A stretch of 64,000 nucleotides of DNA. It comes from Eledone cirrhosa. Its lineage: Eukaryota. The stretch lies in the NCBI GenBank assembly GCA_964016885.1, contig OZ024742.1, positions 58,094,001 to 58,158,000 of the forward strand, given 5' to 3'. Below are positions 1 through 12,983 of the stretch, one piece after another. The translations under genes and the position numbers were made by a program. Every line of letters starts with the position of its first letter. The stretch's first letter is position 1. The notes beneath the pieces were generated by a model. That model made no database searches. It was not told the origin of the DNA and was given only the letters and a program-made list of their open reading frames with translations.

Positions 1-240
1 GCATCTGTTTTCTGTATCAGGAGTTTTAGGTATGTTTTCCTGTTTGGTACAGGTATGTTCTTTGTAGAAATATTCAGATGTTGTTTCTGCATGATGAATG
101 CAAGTCAATAGAGTACTCAACTAAGGGAGCGAAATAGTAATAATAATAAATTTTAAGACTAAAATCCAAAGAGAGCTCGATAAGGATAAATATTACGTCT
201 TGATGTGGTAGCTAAGTATATGTTATGTTTATACCACTAC
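1..240 (-). mobile_element. Penelope-like element (PLE) N-terminal remnant
   Basis: Minus strand of 1-75 reads NISTKNIPVPNRKTYLKLLIQKTD, resembling the 'KNIPIP..K.YLK.LI.K' segment that precedes the RT in invertebrate PLEs. Confidence 0.45.
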
Positions 241-584
241 TTATTTGTATAGGTAAGTATATATTACCTGTATGTTTTGTGAAGGTACGTATACTTTCTC
301 GTACGTATATTTGATTGTATATGTTATGGCGTATATATTATATAGTCTGGTACATATGCTTTTGGTTATGTGTATACGTGAGTTTTGCATTTGTGTGAGT
401 ATGCGGGTTCGTACGTATGTAGGGTGTGTGTATATGTGTGCTTTGTGTTTTGGTTGACCTACGTCTCCGAACATATGTGTATTTACATGTAGGTATGTGT
501 GTGGGCTTGTTATATACGTATTTATTTATTTATATACGTTTATTTAATTATATGTATACACGCACACACACACACACACACACA

Positions 585-913
585 CATCATCATCATCATC
601 ATTTCATTTTACGTCCACTTTTCCCTGCTTGCAAGGGTGGGACGGGAACTGATTCTGGCTTGATTTCTACAGCTGGATGCCCTTCCTAGCACCAACCTCA
701 TTTACAGTGAGTGCTGGGTACTTTTTTGCCGTGGCACCTCCATGAGCACTTTGCAGTGCAATGATAGGGACCCCAGTCTACAGCTGAGTAAACTGGAGCA
801 ATGTGAAATAAAGTGTCTTGCTCAAGGAAACAACACATCACCCGGTCTGAGAATTGAACTCACAACATTTCGATTGCAAGGCCAATGCTCTAACCACTAA
901 GCCATGTGCCTCC
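585..913 (-). mobile_element. tRNA-derived SINE, family A (RTE-type 3' tail)
   Basis: Minus strand has a tRNA-like head (box A TGGCTTAGTGG, box B GAGTTCAATTC), central CCTTGAGCAAGACACTT domain and (GAT)n tail; near-identical to 3689-4026 and 5567-5903. Confidence 0.9.
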
Positions 914-1099
914 AGGGTTCTGTAAGTGCGTGCGGGTTTTTTTTGTGTACGTGCGTGTATTTGTATACCTATGGCGAGTGTTTTCGCATATGCTTGTGTA
1001 TGTACGTTTATGGATGCGCGTATGTATTTATTTAATTTCAATTACCTCTGTATTTTATTTACTTTATTCTTAACTCTGAAGCCGAGAATCATTCGGTTT

Positions 1100-1350
1100 C
1101 CTAGTTAGAATTCTTGTCTACGACTTCAGTTATACCATTTACGTGGTTTTGTCTTTGCGCGCAATTGTTCTCCCCGCTCCACATGACGTATTTTCTTTGT
1201 TTTTTCCGTTCATTGCCAGAGAACGTCTCTATGAACCACCTAATAGAATATTAGTCTACGACTTCTTTTATACCATAAACGTGGTTTTGTCTTTGCGTGT
1301 AACTGTTTTTCACCGATCCAAATAATGACGTATTATATTCGTTTTTTCCC
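1100..1350. repeat. Degenerate direct duplication of about 140 bp
   Basis: AGAAT..TGTCTACGACTTC..TTATACCAT..ACGTGGTTTTGTCTTTGCG..ATGACGTATT occurs at about 1107 and about 1245. Confidence 0.7.
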
Positions 1351-1479
1351 GCTCTTTGCCAGGGAACGTTTCCACGAACCAAAGTATCGTCTACCTGTCT
1401 TCCACCGGTTGCGACGGTTTTTGAAATATCCACTTCTGCGTTCACAGATTGACTTTGTTAGTTTCAGAAGATCCTGTTA

Positions 1480-1524
1480 AGGGTGAAAGCAGCGATTCTT
1501 TGCTGCTTAAACTTTAATCTGTTA

Positions 1525-1607
<83 letters not shown>

Positions 1608-2870
1608 TGTAAAATAAGAAAATTATAAAATTAACTTACTTACTAAAATATCACTTCCAACTAATTAGTTTCTGGAATGGAAAAAATATATTTTCCGAAG
1701 AAAACACACAGAATCATTCCGTCGTCAGGGGAGACTATTCTCATCTAAGTATCCAGGCAAAGCGTGGACTCTGGAAACTTATTAAAAAATAATTCAGTGG
1801 ATAGAAAATAGCAAAGCGTGGACTGAATTCCTAGCCATTGAGAAAATCACTGCCTCTGCGTCGGTGGCAAATTCAAAAAGAATCAATCACGTGACATCGA
1901 GGTCAATCAGTGGAAAGTGGTTTGCTAATAAGACAGCGCCCTGCCTGCGACCATAGCAGCAGTCACGGCCAATATTGCTCGACAAATAATTTGGAGATAA
2001 TTATAAAGAAATAATATCTAGTAACATATATATACATACAGATGCATATCAATGCTAGCAAATATATAGGTTTTGTCTTAGTAACTTTGTGGTTCAATGC
2101 ATGGGGTTGCAGAACAATAATATGAGAGACGTAAAATAAGAAAATTATAAAACGTCTCTCATATTATTGTTCTGCAACCCCATGCATTGAACCACAAAGT
2201 TACTAAGACAAAACCTATATATTTGCTAGCATTGATATGCATCTGTATGTATATATATGTTACTAGATATTATTTCTTTATAATTATCTCCAAATTATTT
2301 GTCGAGCAATATTGGCCATGACTGCTGCTATGGTAGCAGGCAGGGCGCTGTCTTATTAGCAAACCACTTTCCACTGATTGACCTCGATGTCACGTGATTG
2401 ATTCTTTTTGAATTTGCCACCGACGCAGAGGCAGTGATTTTCTCAATGGCTAGGAATTCAGTCCACACTTTGCTATTTTCTATCCACTGAATTATTTTTT
2501 AATAAGTTTCCAGAGTCCACGCTTTGCCTGGATACTTAGATGAGAATAGTCTCCCCTGACGACGGAATGATTCTGTGTGTTTTCTTCGGAAAATATATTT
2601 TTTCCATTCCAGAAACTAATTAGTTGGAAGTGATATTTTAGTAAGTAAGTTAATTTTATAATTTTCTTATTTTACGTCTCTCATATTATTGTTCTGCAAC
2701 CCCATGCATTGAACCACAAAGTTACTAAGACAAAACCTATATATTTGCTAGCATTGATATGCATCTGTATGTATATATATGTTACTAGATATTATTTCTT
2801 TATATATATATATATTTATATTTATTAAAATAACAGATTAAAGTTTAAGCAAAGAATCGCTGCTTTCACT
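1480..2870. repeat. About 1.4-kb foldback built from a ~520-bp PLE pseudo-LTR-like unit
   Basis: 1602-2131 is the near-perfect reverse complement of 2151-2682; outer arms 1480-1530 and 2822-2870; (TA)n tracts inside both outer arms; partial tandem repeat of the unit at 2122-2150 and 2675-2800. Confidence 0.9.
2545..2637 (+). ncRNA. Degenerate type I hammerhead ribozyme motif (mirror copy on - strand at about 1647-1740)
   Basis: CTGACGA (2556), stem II GGAATG/CATTCC, GAAA (2612), palindromic stem III CTAATTAG, GUU triplet; stem I imperfect. Confidence 0.5.
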
Positions 2871-3680
2871 CGTGGCTAGGGCCCAACCATTCAATGGACG
2901 AAGAAAATCTTGTGATCTCTGTGTTACGGAAGCATATTACATAACTCTATCACGACCTCTACCGATTAACGATAGAACGGAGGTAACCATTAGCTGTGAA
3001 CATCGAAGGGCTAATTCCTTCGCCAATAGAATTTGTGACCCAACTTAGTCATGTAGCCCCATTTCTACTTGTAGCTAATAAGTTAAATTGCTATGAACAA
3101 CTCGATAATTATAAGTTACCTCCCCTACATTGTCTCAATTAAAAAATTTAAAAACTAGCACTTAACTATAAATACTCACAATTTCTAATCTCTCGAGAAG
3201 TTACTTCCCCTGAAACCACCCTCTAATTAGTAAGGTAAATATGCCCTTTGGCAGCCATCTTGTTACCCATAGGCAGATCTCACACAATGCAGCCTCGACA
3301 GATGAATACTGCTTGATTATGGCTGACAGCTGATGCAACCAAGACACCATAGTATAAACCAATATATGGAACATTATATTATGTAACATTATCCCATTAT
3401 TTTAATTTATATTCCTTTGAAGTTCCGATGAGCCACTCTGTTTTTTAAATATGTTAATTATTTTCAACTGAACCAGATCAATTATGATATATAGTCATCT
3501 GAGCCAGAAATATTATATGGAGTAGCGAAACAACTGTAAACGGACATTATTATTATTAATATTATTATTATTCTCTACATTCCTTACATCAAACTAAAAT
3601 ATGTTGACAATCTTTTAATAATGTCTTCCTTGTGAAGTTTGTGGTCTTGTTTTGCTTAACTAATGAATATATATATATAT
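2870..3680 (+). mobile_element. PLE 3' end: GIY-YIG endonuclease C-terminus plus pseudo-LTR
   Basis: 2881-3048 reads AQPFNGRRKSCDLCVTEAYYITLSRPLPINDRTEVTISCEHRR.., matching the PLE C-terminal pattern CxLCxxE..N.R.E...C.H; hammerhead motif downstream. Confidence 0.75.
3421..3546 (+). ncRNA. Type I hammerhead ribozyme motif with mutated core
   Basis: GTT-CCGATGA-GCCACTCT...GGAGTAGC-GAAAC-AACT-GTA-AAC; the core reads CCGATGA instead of CTGATGA. Confidence 0.55.
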
Positions 3681-3688
3681 ATATATAT

Positions 3689-4026
3689 CATTATCATTTC
3701 ATTTTACGTCTGCTTTTTCCCTGCTTGCAAGGGTGGGACGGAAACTGATGCTGGTTTGATTTCTACAGCTGGATGCCCTTCCTAACACCAACCTCATTTA
3801 CAGTGAATGCTGGGTGCTTTTTTGCCGTGGCACCTCCATGACCACTTTGCAGTGGAATGATATGGACCCCAGTCCCTATCATATCATTTCTACAGCTGAG
3901 TAAACTGGAGCAATGTGAAATAAAGTGTCTTGCTCAAGGAAACAACACATCACCCGGTCTGAGAATTGAACTCACAACCTTTCGATTGCAAGGCCAATGC
4001 TCTAACCACTAAGCCATGTGCCTCCA
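3689..4026 (-). mobile_element. tRNA-derived SINE, family A
   Basis: Same head, core and tail as 585-913. Confidence 0.9.
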
Positions 4027-4676
4027 TGTGTGAAAGTTTTTTAAAATCCTGGAGGGTAATATATGTGTATGTGTGTGTATGTATATATATATATATATAT
4101 ATACACACACATATATATATACACACGCATACACATATATTACACTCCAGGATTTTTAAAAGCTTTCACACACATATTCTTACCATCTCCTTTTTATAAA
4201 GACTTGTTACGGCTCTGTTTCATGTAGACACTGTTACCATCCCCTTTCCATAAAGACTTTTTACAGCTACGTGTATCTCACCTATAAACACCCTCTTACT
4301 TTGTCTTTTCCATAAAGACTTGCTGAAAGATCTCTCACATTAGAGAGTTGTTGTCAGAAAAAAAAGGTAGATCTCCCATCATTGTTGTTGTAAGGTACGT
4401 AAATAAAAGTGAGAATATATCCTAATAGAGCCAAAAAGTAACACAAACATCAACATTAAAGTGAAACAAAGGTACAAGGAATGAAAAAAAAAATAGTAGT
4501 TAGACAGTTAATTGAGGGAGAACAACACAATACTGCTATAGATATACACAGAAGTTTAAAGTAATGATTGTTTATTAGAAAAGGGGAAAGAGATACAACA
4601 GAACCCTTCTCATTTCGATTCCTGTTGCAAATGTTCTGCCAATTGTGTTAACATTATTTTTTTAGTGGATTGGTAA

Positions 4677-4870
4677 GGGCAGTGGATTGGCAGTATCGGT
4701 AGAGGGTCGGACGCCATGCTTTGCAGCAAAGAGTTACGGCTGTTTATGATCTGAGTTCAAATCCCGCCGAGGTTAACTTTGCCTTTCATCCTTACGGGGT
4801 CGATAAAATAAAGTACCAGTAATGCACTGGGTAATTGCTGGCCTTGTGCCTAAAGTAGAAACAATTATTT
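4677..4870 (+). mobile_element. tRNA-derived SINE, family B
   Basis: TGGCAGTATCGGTAGAG..GAGTTCAAATCCCGCC..TTTGCCTTTCATCCTTACGGGGTCGATAAAAT; several copies in the window. Confidence 0.85.
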
Positions 4871-4884
4871 TTTTAATAATAAGT

Positions 4885-5100
4885 GGGGCGGTGGATTGGC
4901 AGTATCAGTAGAGGGTCAGACGCCATGCTTTGCAGCATAACGGCCCTTTATGATCTGAGTTCAAATCCCGCCAAGGTTAATTTTGCCTTTCATCCTTACG
5001 GGGGTCGGTAAAATAATGTACCAGTCACACACTGGAGTCGATTTAATCGACTTTCCCCTCCCCCAAATTACTGGCCTTATACCTATACTAGAAATCATTA
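4885..5100 (+). mobile_element. tRNA-derived SINE, family B
   Basis: Tandem neighbour homologous to 4677-4870. Confidence 0.85.
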
Positions 5101-5274
5101 TTTTCAGTAAATTCATCACCCTGCTTCTCATGGATACTACAGCAAATGTCAAACAAACTTGAAAGCGGTTTCTAAATTTAAAATTTAAATCAAATATCAA
5201 AGCGACAAAACCAGAACATTTTGATGGAGGGATTTTTAATTCCGAAATATTAGACAAAATAATAATAATAATGA

Positions 5275-5475
5275 TTCCTTTTATAGGCACAAGGCTAGCA
5301 ATTAGGGGGGAGGGGAAAGTCGATTATATCAACCCCGGTGCATTACAGGTGTTTTATTTTATCGACCTTGTAAGGATGAAAGGCAAAGCAAACCTTGGCG
5401 GGATGTGAAATTAAGCCGTAACTAAATGCTGCAAAGCATATATGACACTCTACTGATACTGCCAATCCAGCACCC
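5275..5475 (-). mobile_element. tRNA-derived SINE, family B
   Basis: Reverse complement of the family B sequence (AAGGATGAAAGGCAAAG..GATACTGCCAATCC). Confidence 0.8.
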
Positions 5476-5566
5476 AAAGTCTGATGTTGTTTAACCCCAG
5501 GACAGATGTTAATCAGACCTAGGACTGATGTTTAGCACCAGGACTAATGTTGTTTAGCACACCTAT

Positions 5567-5903
5567 GGAGGCACATGGCTTAGTGGTTAGAGCATTGGCC
5601 TTGCAATCGAAAGGTTGTGAGTTCAATTCTCAGACCAGGCGATGTGTTGTTTCCTTGAGCAAGACACTTTATTTCACATTGCTCCAGTTTACTCAGCTGT
5701 AGAAATGAGATGATAGGGACTGGGGTCCCTATCATTCCACTGTAAGGTGGACGTGTAGGTGCCACGGTAAAAAAGCACCCAGCACTCACTGGAAATGAGG
5801 TTGGTGTTAAGAAGGGCATTCAGCTGTAGAAATCAAGCCAGAATCAGTTCCCGTCCCACCCTTGCAAGCAGGGAAAAAGCGGACGTAAAATGAAATGATG
5901 ATG
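5567..5903 (+). mobile_element. tRNA-derived SINE, family A, inserted in the first satellite unit
   Basis: Full copy; it splits the satellite motif CACACCTATGGA|CCACC, with ATGGA at both ends. Confidence 0.9.
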
Positions 5904-8895
5904 GACCACCATAAGGTTCCCCCTATTGAGATGCTTTTTCTAGCACAATGATAAACTACAATGAGGTTCCTCCTGTTTAGCCGAAGTAGCTGCTATTTCT
6001 AGAACACCTATATACCACAAGAGGTTCCCCTGAAGTAGCTATTTCTAGCACACCTAGGGGCCACCAAAAAATTCCCACTATTTAGTTGCTATTTCTAGCT
6101 CAACTATGGACCACCATGAGGTGCCCTCTATTTAACTGCTATTTCTAGCTCACATATGGACTACCATGAGGTTTCCCCTGCTTAGCTGATGTAACTGTTA
6201 TTTCTAACACACCTATGGACCACCATGAGGTTTCTCCCAATTTAACTGCTATTTCTAGCAAACCTATGGAGTGCTATCAGGTTTGCTCTATTTAGCTGCT
6301 ATTTCTAGTACACATATGAACTACTAAGAGGTTCATGCTATTTATCTTATGTAGCTCCTATTTCTAGTACACCGATGTTCATCTATAAGGTTTCCCCTAT
6401 TCAGCTGCTAATTCTAGCACACCGATGGACCACAATGAGATTCCGTCTATTTAGCTGATATTTCTAGCAAACCTATGCACCGCCATGTGGTTACCCCTAT
6501 TTAGCTGTTATTTCTAGCTCAGCTATGAACCACCATGAGGTTCTCCCTATTTTGCTGCTCTTTCTAGCACACCTATCGATTGCCAAAAGTTTATCACTGT
6601 TTAGCTGATGCAGCTGCTATTTCTAGCATACCTTTGAACCCCCATGTGGTCCCATATATTTAGCTGCTATTTCTAACACACCTATGAACTATCATAACGT
6701 TTCCCCCATTTAACTGCTAATTCTAGAATAACTATGGTCCACTATGTGGTTCCTGCTATTTAGTTGCTATTTCTAGCACGGCTATGGACGAAGATGAGGT
6801 TCACCCATTAAGCTGCTATTTCTAGCACACCCATGGACCACCATGAGGTTTCCCTTGTTTAACTGATGTAACTGCTATTTCTAACACACCTATGCACCAC
6901 CAAGAAGTTCCCCCATTTAGTTGCTATTTCTAGCACTCTATGGACTACCATAAGGTTCCCCTTATTTAGCTGCTATTTCTAACACACCTATGTACGACAA
7001 TAACGTTCCCCCTATTTGGCTGCTAATTCTAGCTCACTTATGGTCCGATATGTGGTTGCCGCTATTTAGCTGCTCTTTTATAATACAGATATGGACCACC
7101 ATAAGGTTCCCCCTAGTTAGCTGCTATATTTAGCACAAATATCGTGCACCGTGAGGTTCCTCTATTTCGGTGATGTAGCTGCTAATTCTAGCACACCTAT
7201 GAACCCCCATGAGGTTTCCCTTGTTTAACTGATGTAGCTGCTATTTCTAACACACCTATGCACCACCATGATTTGCTATTTGTAGCACTCCTATGGACCA
7301 CCATGTGGTTCATTCTATTTAGCTTATGTAGCTGCTATTTCTAGCACACTTATGTGGTTACCCCTATTTGGCTGCTATTTCTAGCATGCCTATGGACCAC
7401 TATGTGGGTTCCCCCAATTTAGCTGCTATTTCTAGCACACATATAGACCACCATGTGGTTCATTCTATTTAGCTTATGTAGCTGCTATTTCTAGCATGCC
7501 TATGGACCACCATGATGTTTGCCCTATTTAGCTGCTATTTGTCGCACACATATAGACCACCATGAGGTTTATCCTATTTAGCTTATATAGCTACTATTTC
7601 TAGAATACCTATGGACCACCATGAGATTTCCCTTGTTTAATTGATGTAGCTGCTATTTCTAACACACCTATGCACCACCATGAGGTTCCCCCCATTTAGT
7701 TGCTATTTCTAGCACTCCTATGGACCACTATGTGGGTCACCCAATTTAGCTGCTATTTCTAGCACACCTATGGACCGCCATGATGTTTGCCCTATTTAGC
7801 TGCTATTTGTAGAACACATGTAGACCACCAAGAGGTTCGTCCTATTTAGCTTATGTAGCTGCTATTTCTAGAATACCTATGGACCACCGTGAGGTTCCCC
7901 TATTTAGCTGCTATTTCTAGCACACTTACAAAATATCATAATGTTCCTCCCATTTAGCTGCTATTTCTAGCACACTTATGTACGACAATAACGTTCCCCC
8001 TATTTAGGTGCTAATTCTAGCACGCCTATGGTCCACTAGGTGGTTCCCGCTATTTAGTTGCTATTTCTAGCACACCTATGGACCACCAAGATGGTCACCC
8101 TATTTAGCTGCTATTGCTAGCAAACCTATGGACCACCATGAGGTTTACCCTTTTTAGCTGATGTAGCTGCTATTTCCAACACAGCTATGGATCAGCATGA
8201 GCTTCCTCTATTTAGCTGCTTTTTCTAGCACACCTATGGACCACCGTGAGGTTCAGCCGATTTAGCTGCTATTTCTAGCACACCTATACCGCCATGAGGC
8301 TTGCCCTATTTAGCTGCTATTTCTAGCACCCCTATTTACGACAATAAGGTTCCCCCTATTTAGTTACTAATTCTTGCATACCTATGGTCCACTATGTGGT
8401 TGCTGCTATTTCCAGCACAGCTATGAACCACCATGATCCCCCCCTCCCCATTTAGCTGCTATTTCTAGCATACCCATGGACCACCATAAGGTTCATCCTA
8501 TTTAGCTTATGCAGCTGCTATTTCGAGAATACCTATGGACTACCATGAACTTCCCCTTATTTAGTGCACCCATGGACCACTGATGTTACTCCAGTTTAGC
8601 TGATGTAGCAGCTATTTTTAGAACACCTATAGACGACCATGATGTTCTCCCTATTTAGCTGCTATTTCTAGTACACCCATGGACCAATGAAGATGAACCT
8701 ATTTAGCAACTATTTCCAGCACACCTATGTACCACCATAAGGTTTCGTCTATTTAGCTGCTATTGCTAGCACACCTATGGACCACGATGAGGTTTGCCTA
8801 TTTAGGTGCTATTTCTAGCAAGCCTATGGCCTCTATAAGGTTGCCCCTATTTAGCTGCTATTTCTAGCTCACCTATGGACCATTATAAGGATCTC
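5900..8895. repeat. Tandem satellite, 50-bp unit with 59-bp variants (about 55-60 units)
   Basis: Consensus about TATTTAGCTGCTATTTCTAGCACACCTATGGACCACCATGAGGTTCCCC(C); exact 50-bp phase at 7901/7951/8001/8051/8101; a 9-bp insert (GCTGATGTA or GCTTATGTA) in some units. Confidence 0.95.
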
Positions 8896-9039
8896 ACAAT
8901 GATGATGATCATTATCAACTCCATTAATAAGCTGATATTTAAAATATGATTTAAATATTTTAAAATGAGCACCTTTCTATCATAAATTCAGCATGGTTTC
9001 AGACAGTTTGGTACCAAAAGGGTTTAGGTATTGATATAT

Positions 9040-11200
9040 AATAAAATAATAATGAAATTATTGTGTATAGTACTCAGGTGCACTACAACTCATCAAAGGT
9101 GCATGTATAGTACATAGAATAATATACAAATGTCAGGGAAGTGAATAGTGTATGAGTCATAATATACATGTGTGTATGTGTACGGAGGGGGATTATTAGG
9201 TGTAGTGTTGGCGAATCTCAGGAAGCATGGAGGTTTTAAAGGATGCAGTGTCTCGACAGCTAATAACTGATGCAGGTAGTTTGTTCCATGCTTCAGCAAC
9301 TCTGAGCATGATAAAATGTTTCCGAAGGTCATGGGAGCTGTGCTGTTTTCTGACTTTGTTGGCATGCCCACATGTGTTAGACACATGGAAATCAAAAAGG
9401 TACTCAGGGTTGTTGTTGGCAAGATGGTTAGTAATTATGTGGGTGTTTACCAAGTCAGTTGCCAGACGTCGGAGCTTCAATGTATCCATGCCCAGGGAAA
9501 CAAGGCGTTTAGAGCATGGTAGATGCCTGATGGAGGGTATTCTCTTGGTTGCACGTCTCTGAACAGTTTCCAGACGGTCAATGTTCTGAGCAAGATAGGG
9601 GTTCCAGACTGGTGATGCAAATTCTAAGTGTGGCCGCACCATAGCTATATACAGCTTTAAATAGATAGCTGGGGAGCAGCTGACAAAGGTCTTGCTGAGT
9701 GATGCTAAGACACCCTCGGCCTTTTTGACAATTTTAGAGACCTGCTTCGTCCAACACAAATCGCTGCTGACAGTAATGCCCAGGTCACATTCACAAGAAG
9801 ACCTTGATATTAGTGTTGTGGAGGGAATATGTGGACGCTGGGTTTTTACTCCCAAAATGCATGGTGGTACACTTGTCCACAGCCAGCTTGAGTTGCCAGT
9901 CCGTGATCCATAGTTGCATTGTGTCCAGGTCAGATTGCAGGAATGATCTATAGTGTTCAGGATCGGTCCTTTTTATCTCAAGGTACAGCTTGATGTCATC
10001 TGCATATTTCAGTACTGTGGCATTCTTTAAGTTGGCATCTATGTCATTAATATATGCCACAAACAAAAGTGGGCCAAGAACAGATCCCTGTGGTACACCA
10101 GATGACATCTCATATGGTGAGGAATGCTGTCCTAGAACCGTGACTACCTCGCTTCGACTGGTAATGAAGGACTTCAACCAGTTAAAAAGATCATCCTTCA
10201 CACCCATTGCAGAGAGTTTTGCCATAAGTCTTTTGTGTGGCACAGAATTGAAAGCTTTAGCAAAGTCAAGGTAAACAACATCCACCCATGAGCCGCCATC
10301 AGTGATCCGGGTGATGTCTTCAAGAAACTCGAGAAGTTGATCACAGCAGCTGGAGTTAGGGATAAATCCAAATTGCGAGGGCCGGGAAAGACTGTGAGAG
10401 TTCCAGAAGTTCCAAAGCGTTTCTCTGACAGAGGATTCCATGGCAATGCAGTTAGTAAGACTGACTGGACGATAGTTCACAGGTGATGTGCGGTCACCTT
10501 TTTTGAACAGAGGAATGACACTGGCAGTTTTCCACTGTTCTGGAGTAGCACCGTTGTTGAGACAGAATTGGAAGTAGCGTGATAGCTGGTGCAGAAGGAA
10601 GTACCTACCACATTTGAGAAGCAGGTACGTAAGACCATCAAGACCAGGAGAGGCATGGTTGCGTTTATTTTTAAGGTGACTTTGCAGCATTGCAAGTGTA
10701 AATTCCATAGTTGTAATAGAATCCGATGTCAGAGGTGGTGGAGATAGTACACTCTGGTCTTCAATAATGAAAATACCTGCATAGCATTCAGCAATGAGTT
10801 CTGCACATTCCTTGGGGTCGTCAGTAACCTGGCTTGTGTGGGGATTGCGAAGAGGACCAACTGCAGAGCGAGGCCTCTGCTTTGAGTGAACATACTTCCA
10901 GAACACCTTACTGTCAGGGCTGGTTGCTATGCACTGCTTAAATTCAAGCACTGCCTTTTTTGTCACCTGCTTGAGATGGTTGGATGATTTATTTCACTTC
11001 TTCCTATTGATATCTGATTTATGCAGTTTGTACTCACATTCAGCATTACAACGTTCTTTTCTGGCAAGACAGACTGCTCCAGTCTCACAAATTGCACTTT
11101 TGGGATGTTTTTTCTGCTTACATGGCACCGATGCTACACATGCTGTCCATATTGAGTTCAGGATGTTCTGGAGTACAGTGTTGACATCTCCAGTGTCGTA
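9040..11200 (-). mobile_element. CR1/L2-group LINE, 5'-truncated, frameshifted RT
   Basis: ORFs 9791-10966 and 9196-9855: NYRPVSLT, QFGF, VYLDFAKAF, SGVPQGSVLGPLLF, YADD, RPHLEFASPVWNP, QRRATK. Confidence 0.93.
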
Positions 11201-11204
11201 GAAC

Positions 11205-11345
11205 TCAAGCAGAGTCCTTAGAATGCCAGATAGAATGCTTTACGTTATTTGTTCTGGTTCTCTGTGATCAGTTATGATCAACTTTATCTTTCATCCTTTC
11301 AAGTTCAATAAATAAAATACCAGTCCAGTACTGGTATCAATTCTT
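11205..11345 (+). mobile_element. Degenerate SINE, family B
   Basis: CTTTCATCCTTTC..AATAAAATACCAGT motif. Confidence 0.55.
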
Positions 11346-12024
11346 CCACTCTCTATCTGGAAGAAATTAGCTTTACTCCAACTGAGAGAGGAATGAGCTC
11401 CTCCAGGTTTAAAAATGCTCAAGATGCACTGTAATGTAACGACAGCAACCTCGTGACTTCATCAGGAATTAAACGGACATAGCATGGTAATAATAGTAGT
11501 ATAGAATAAATATGTATGGGTGTCTGTATCAAGTATTTTATTTGTGCACCAGTATTTATAATTACAGCTTATAATGCTTAACAAGTTCTGTTTGTTTATG
11601 TCCCATAACTGGTTTCATTCACTATCATTAACTGCATATATCATCATCATTGTTTTTACATTAACTTCTCCATGGGTTGGGCAGAACTTATTTACAGCTG
11701 AATGTCTTTTCTGACACCAACATTTTAAGATGCTTCTTACAACATGCAGGGATACAATATACCTATTCTAAACCAGACACACACAGACACATCTGTAATA
11801 TACATGACAATCTGGATAACGCATGCAAACATGGAAAATAACTGTAAAATGGTAATGATCTGTGAGTGCAGCCAAAACACCGCTCTGTCCTAGGTGTAGA
11901 GTCTGTTACTCTCTCCCCTTCCACCTTTCTTTCTTCCATTGCCTAATAGTCCTTGCCCTTTTCCTCTCATTTACAGCATTTATTGTCTCTTTCAATGTTG
12001 AAATAATTATCTGAAAAAAAAAAA

Positions 12025-12180
12025 ATTGTTTCTACTTTTTGGCACAAGGCCAGCAATTGTAAGGATGAAAGGCAAAGTTAACCTCAGCAGGATTTGAACT
12101 CAGAACGTAGAGGGCCATAATTCTATGCTGCAAAGCATGGTGTCTGACGTTCTACCCATACTGCCAATCCACAGTCCCAC
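12025..12180 (-). mobile_element. SINE, family B (internally deleted)
   Basis: GGCACAAGGCCAGCAAT..AAGGATGAAAGGCAAAGTTAACCTC..GATTTGAACTCAGA..TACTGCCAATCC. Confidence 0.8.
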
Positions 12181-12739
12181 TTATTATTAAAAAAATAATA
12201 ATAAATGTTTGTAAATAATAATTTCTTTACAGAAAACCACCTGTTGCTCAACAAGCCAATCAAACAATGAAAAAGAGAACAATTCAGAGCAGGTATTCCT
12301 TTCTCTTCTTTTACAGAGGGACAGCTTTTAGAGAGAATGTGTGTATATGTAAGGATGAGAGAATTGTAGGACATGTGTATTTTTTCTGTCTTGTGAAAGA
12401 GGAAAGAGCAATGCCAGTGACACTTTTCAGGGCCTTGTGGGAGGCAGGTAAAAAGGGATTTACAAACTGAAGACCTGATCTGAATGTTTGTCACAGCAGA
12501 GTGGACACTACTAAAGGTATTAAAGGACCAGGTGATAGTGCTAAACCAGGCAATCAATTAAATATAACACCCATGCAGGGCCACAGCAGGATTTGATGGA
12601 CATTGAAACAATTCTAGTCCTGTAAGTCATTACTATGTAAAATATGCTTATTCTCTACTAACGTATTGAGTACCTTATTTTTTCCTGATCCTCTTCGGAA
12701 TACCATCCATATATATACTGATATATATATATATATACA

Positions 12740-12880
12740 CACATGGCTGGCTTCATATAGTTTCTGCCTACCAAATTCACTTATAAGGCATTAGTCAGGC
12801 CAAGCCTATACTTACATATTTGAAGACACTTGCCCAAGGTGTCACACTGTAGAATAGAACCTGAAACCACATACCTGTTG
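12740..12880 (-). mobile_element. SINE-like repeat with CORE-like domain
   Basis: GAAGACACTTGCCCAAGG is the reverse complement of CCTTGGGCAAGTGTCTTC, followed by a degenerate B-box region. Confidence 0.55.
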
Positions 12881-12983
12881 TGCCTATATATATAAATAGA
12901 GTCTGCGATGATAAGACCAAGGAGAACACTTAATCATGTGAGTACTCGATACTTGGGGAGATGTAGAGTGGGTAAATGATGTA

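Noticed and set aside
241-1445. Short ORFs in (TA)/(TG)-rich DNA
   Set aside because: Microsatellite- and SINE-derived, with no recognisable domains
5567-5640. tRNA genes at SINE heads (also about 845-913 and 3955-4026)
   Set aside because: The A/B boxes run into a SINE body and RTE-type tail, and I could not form a complete cloverleaf
5900-8895. CRISPR-like array
   Set aside because: Whole units are homologous with no unique spacers, there are no cas genes, and the context is eukaryotic; it is a satellite
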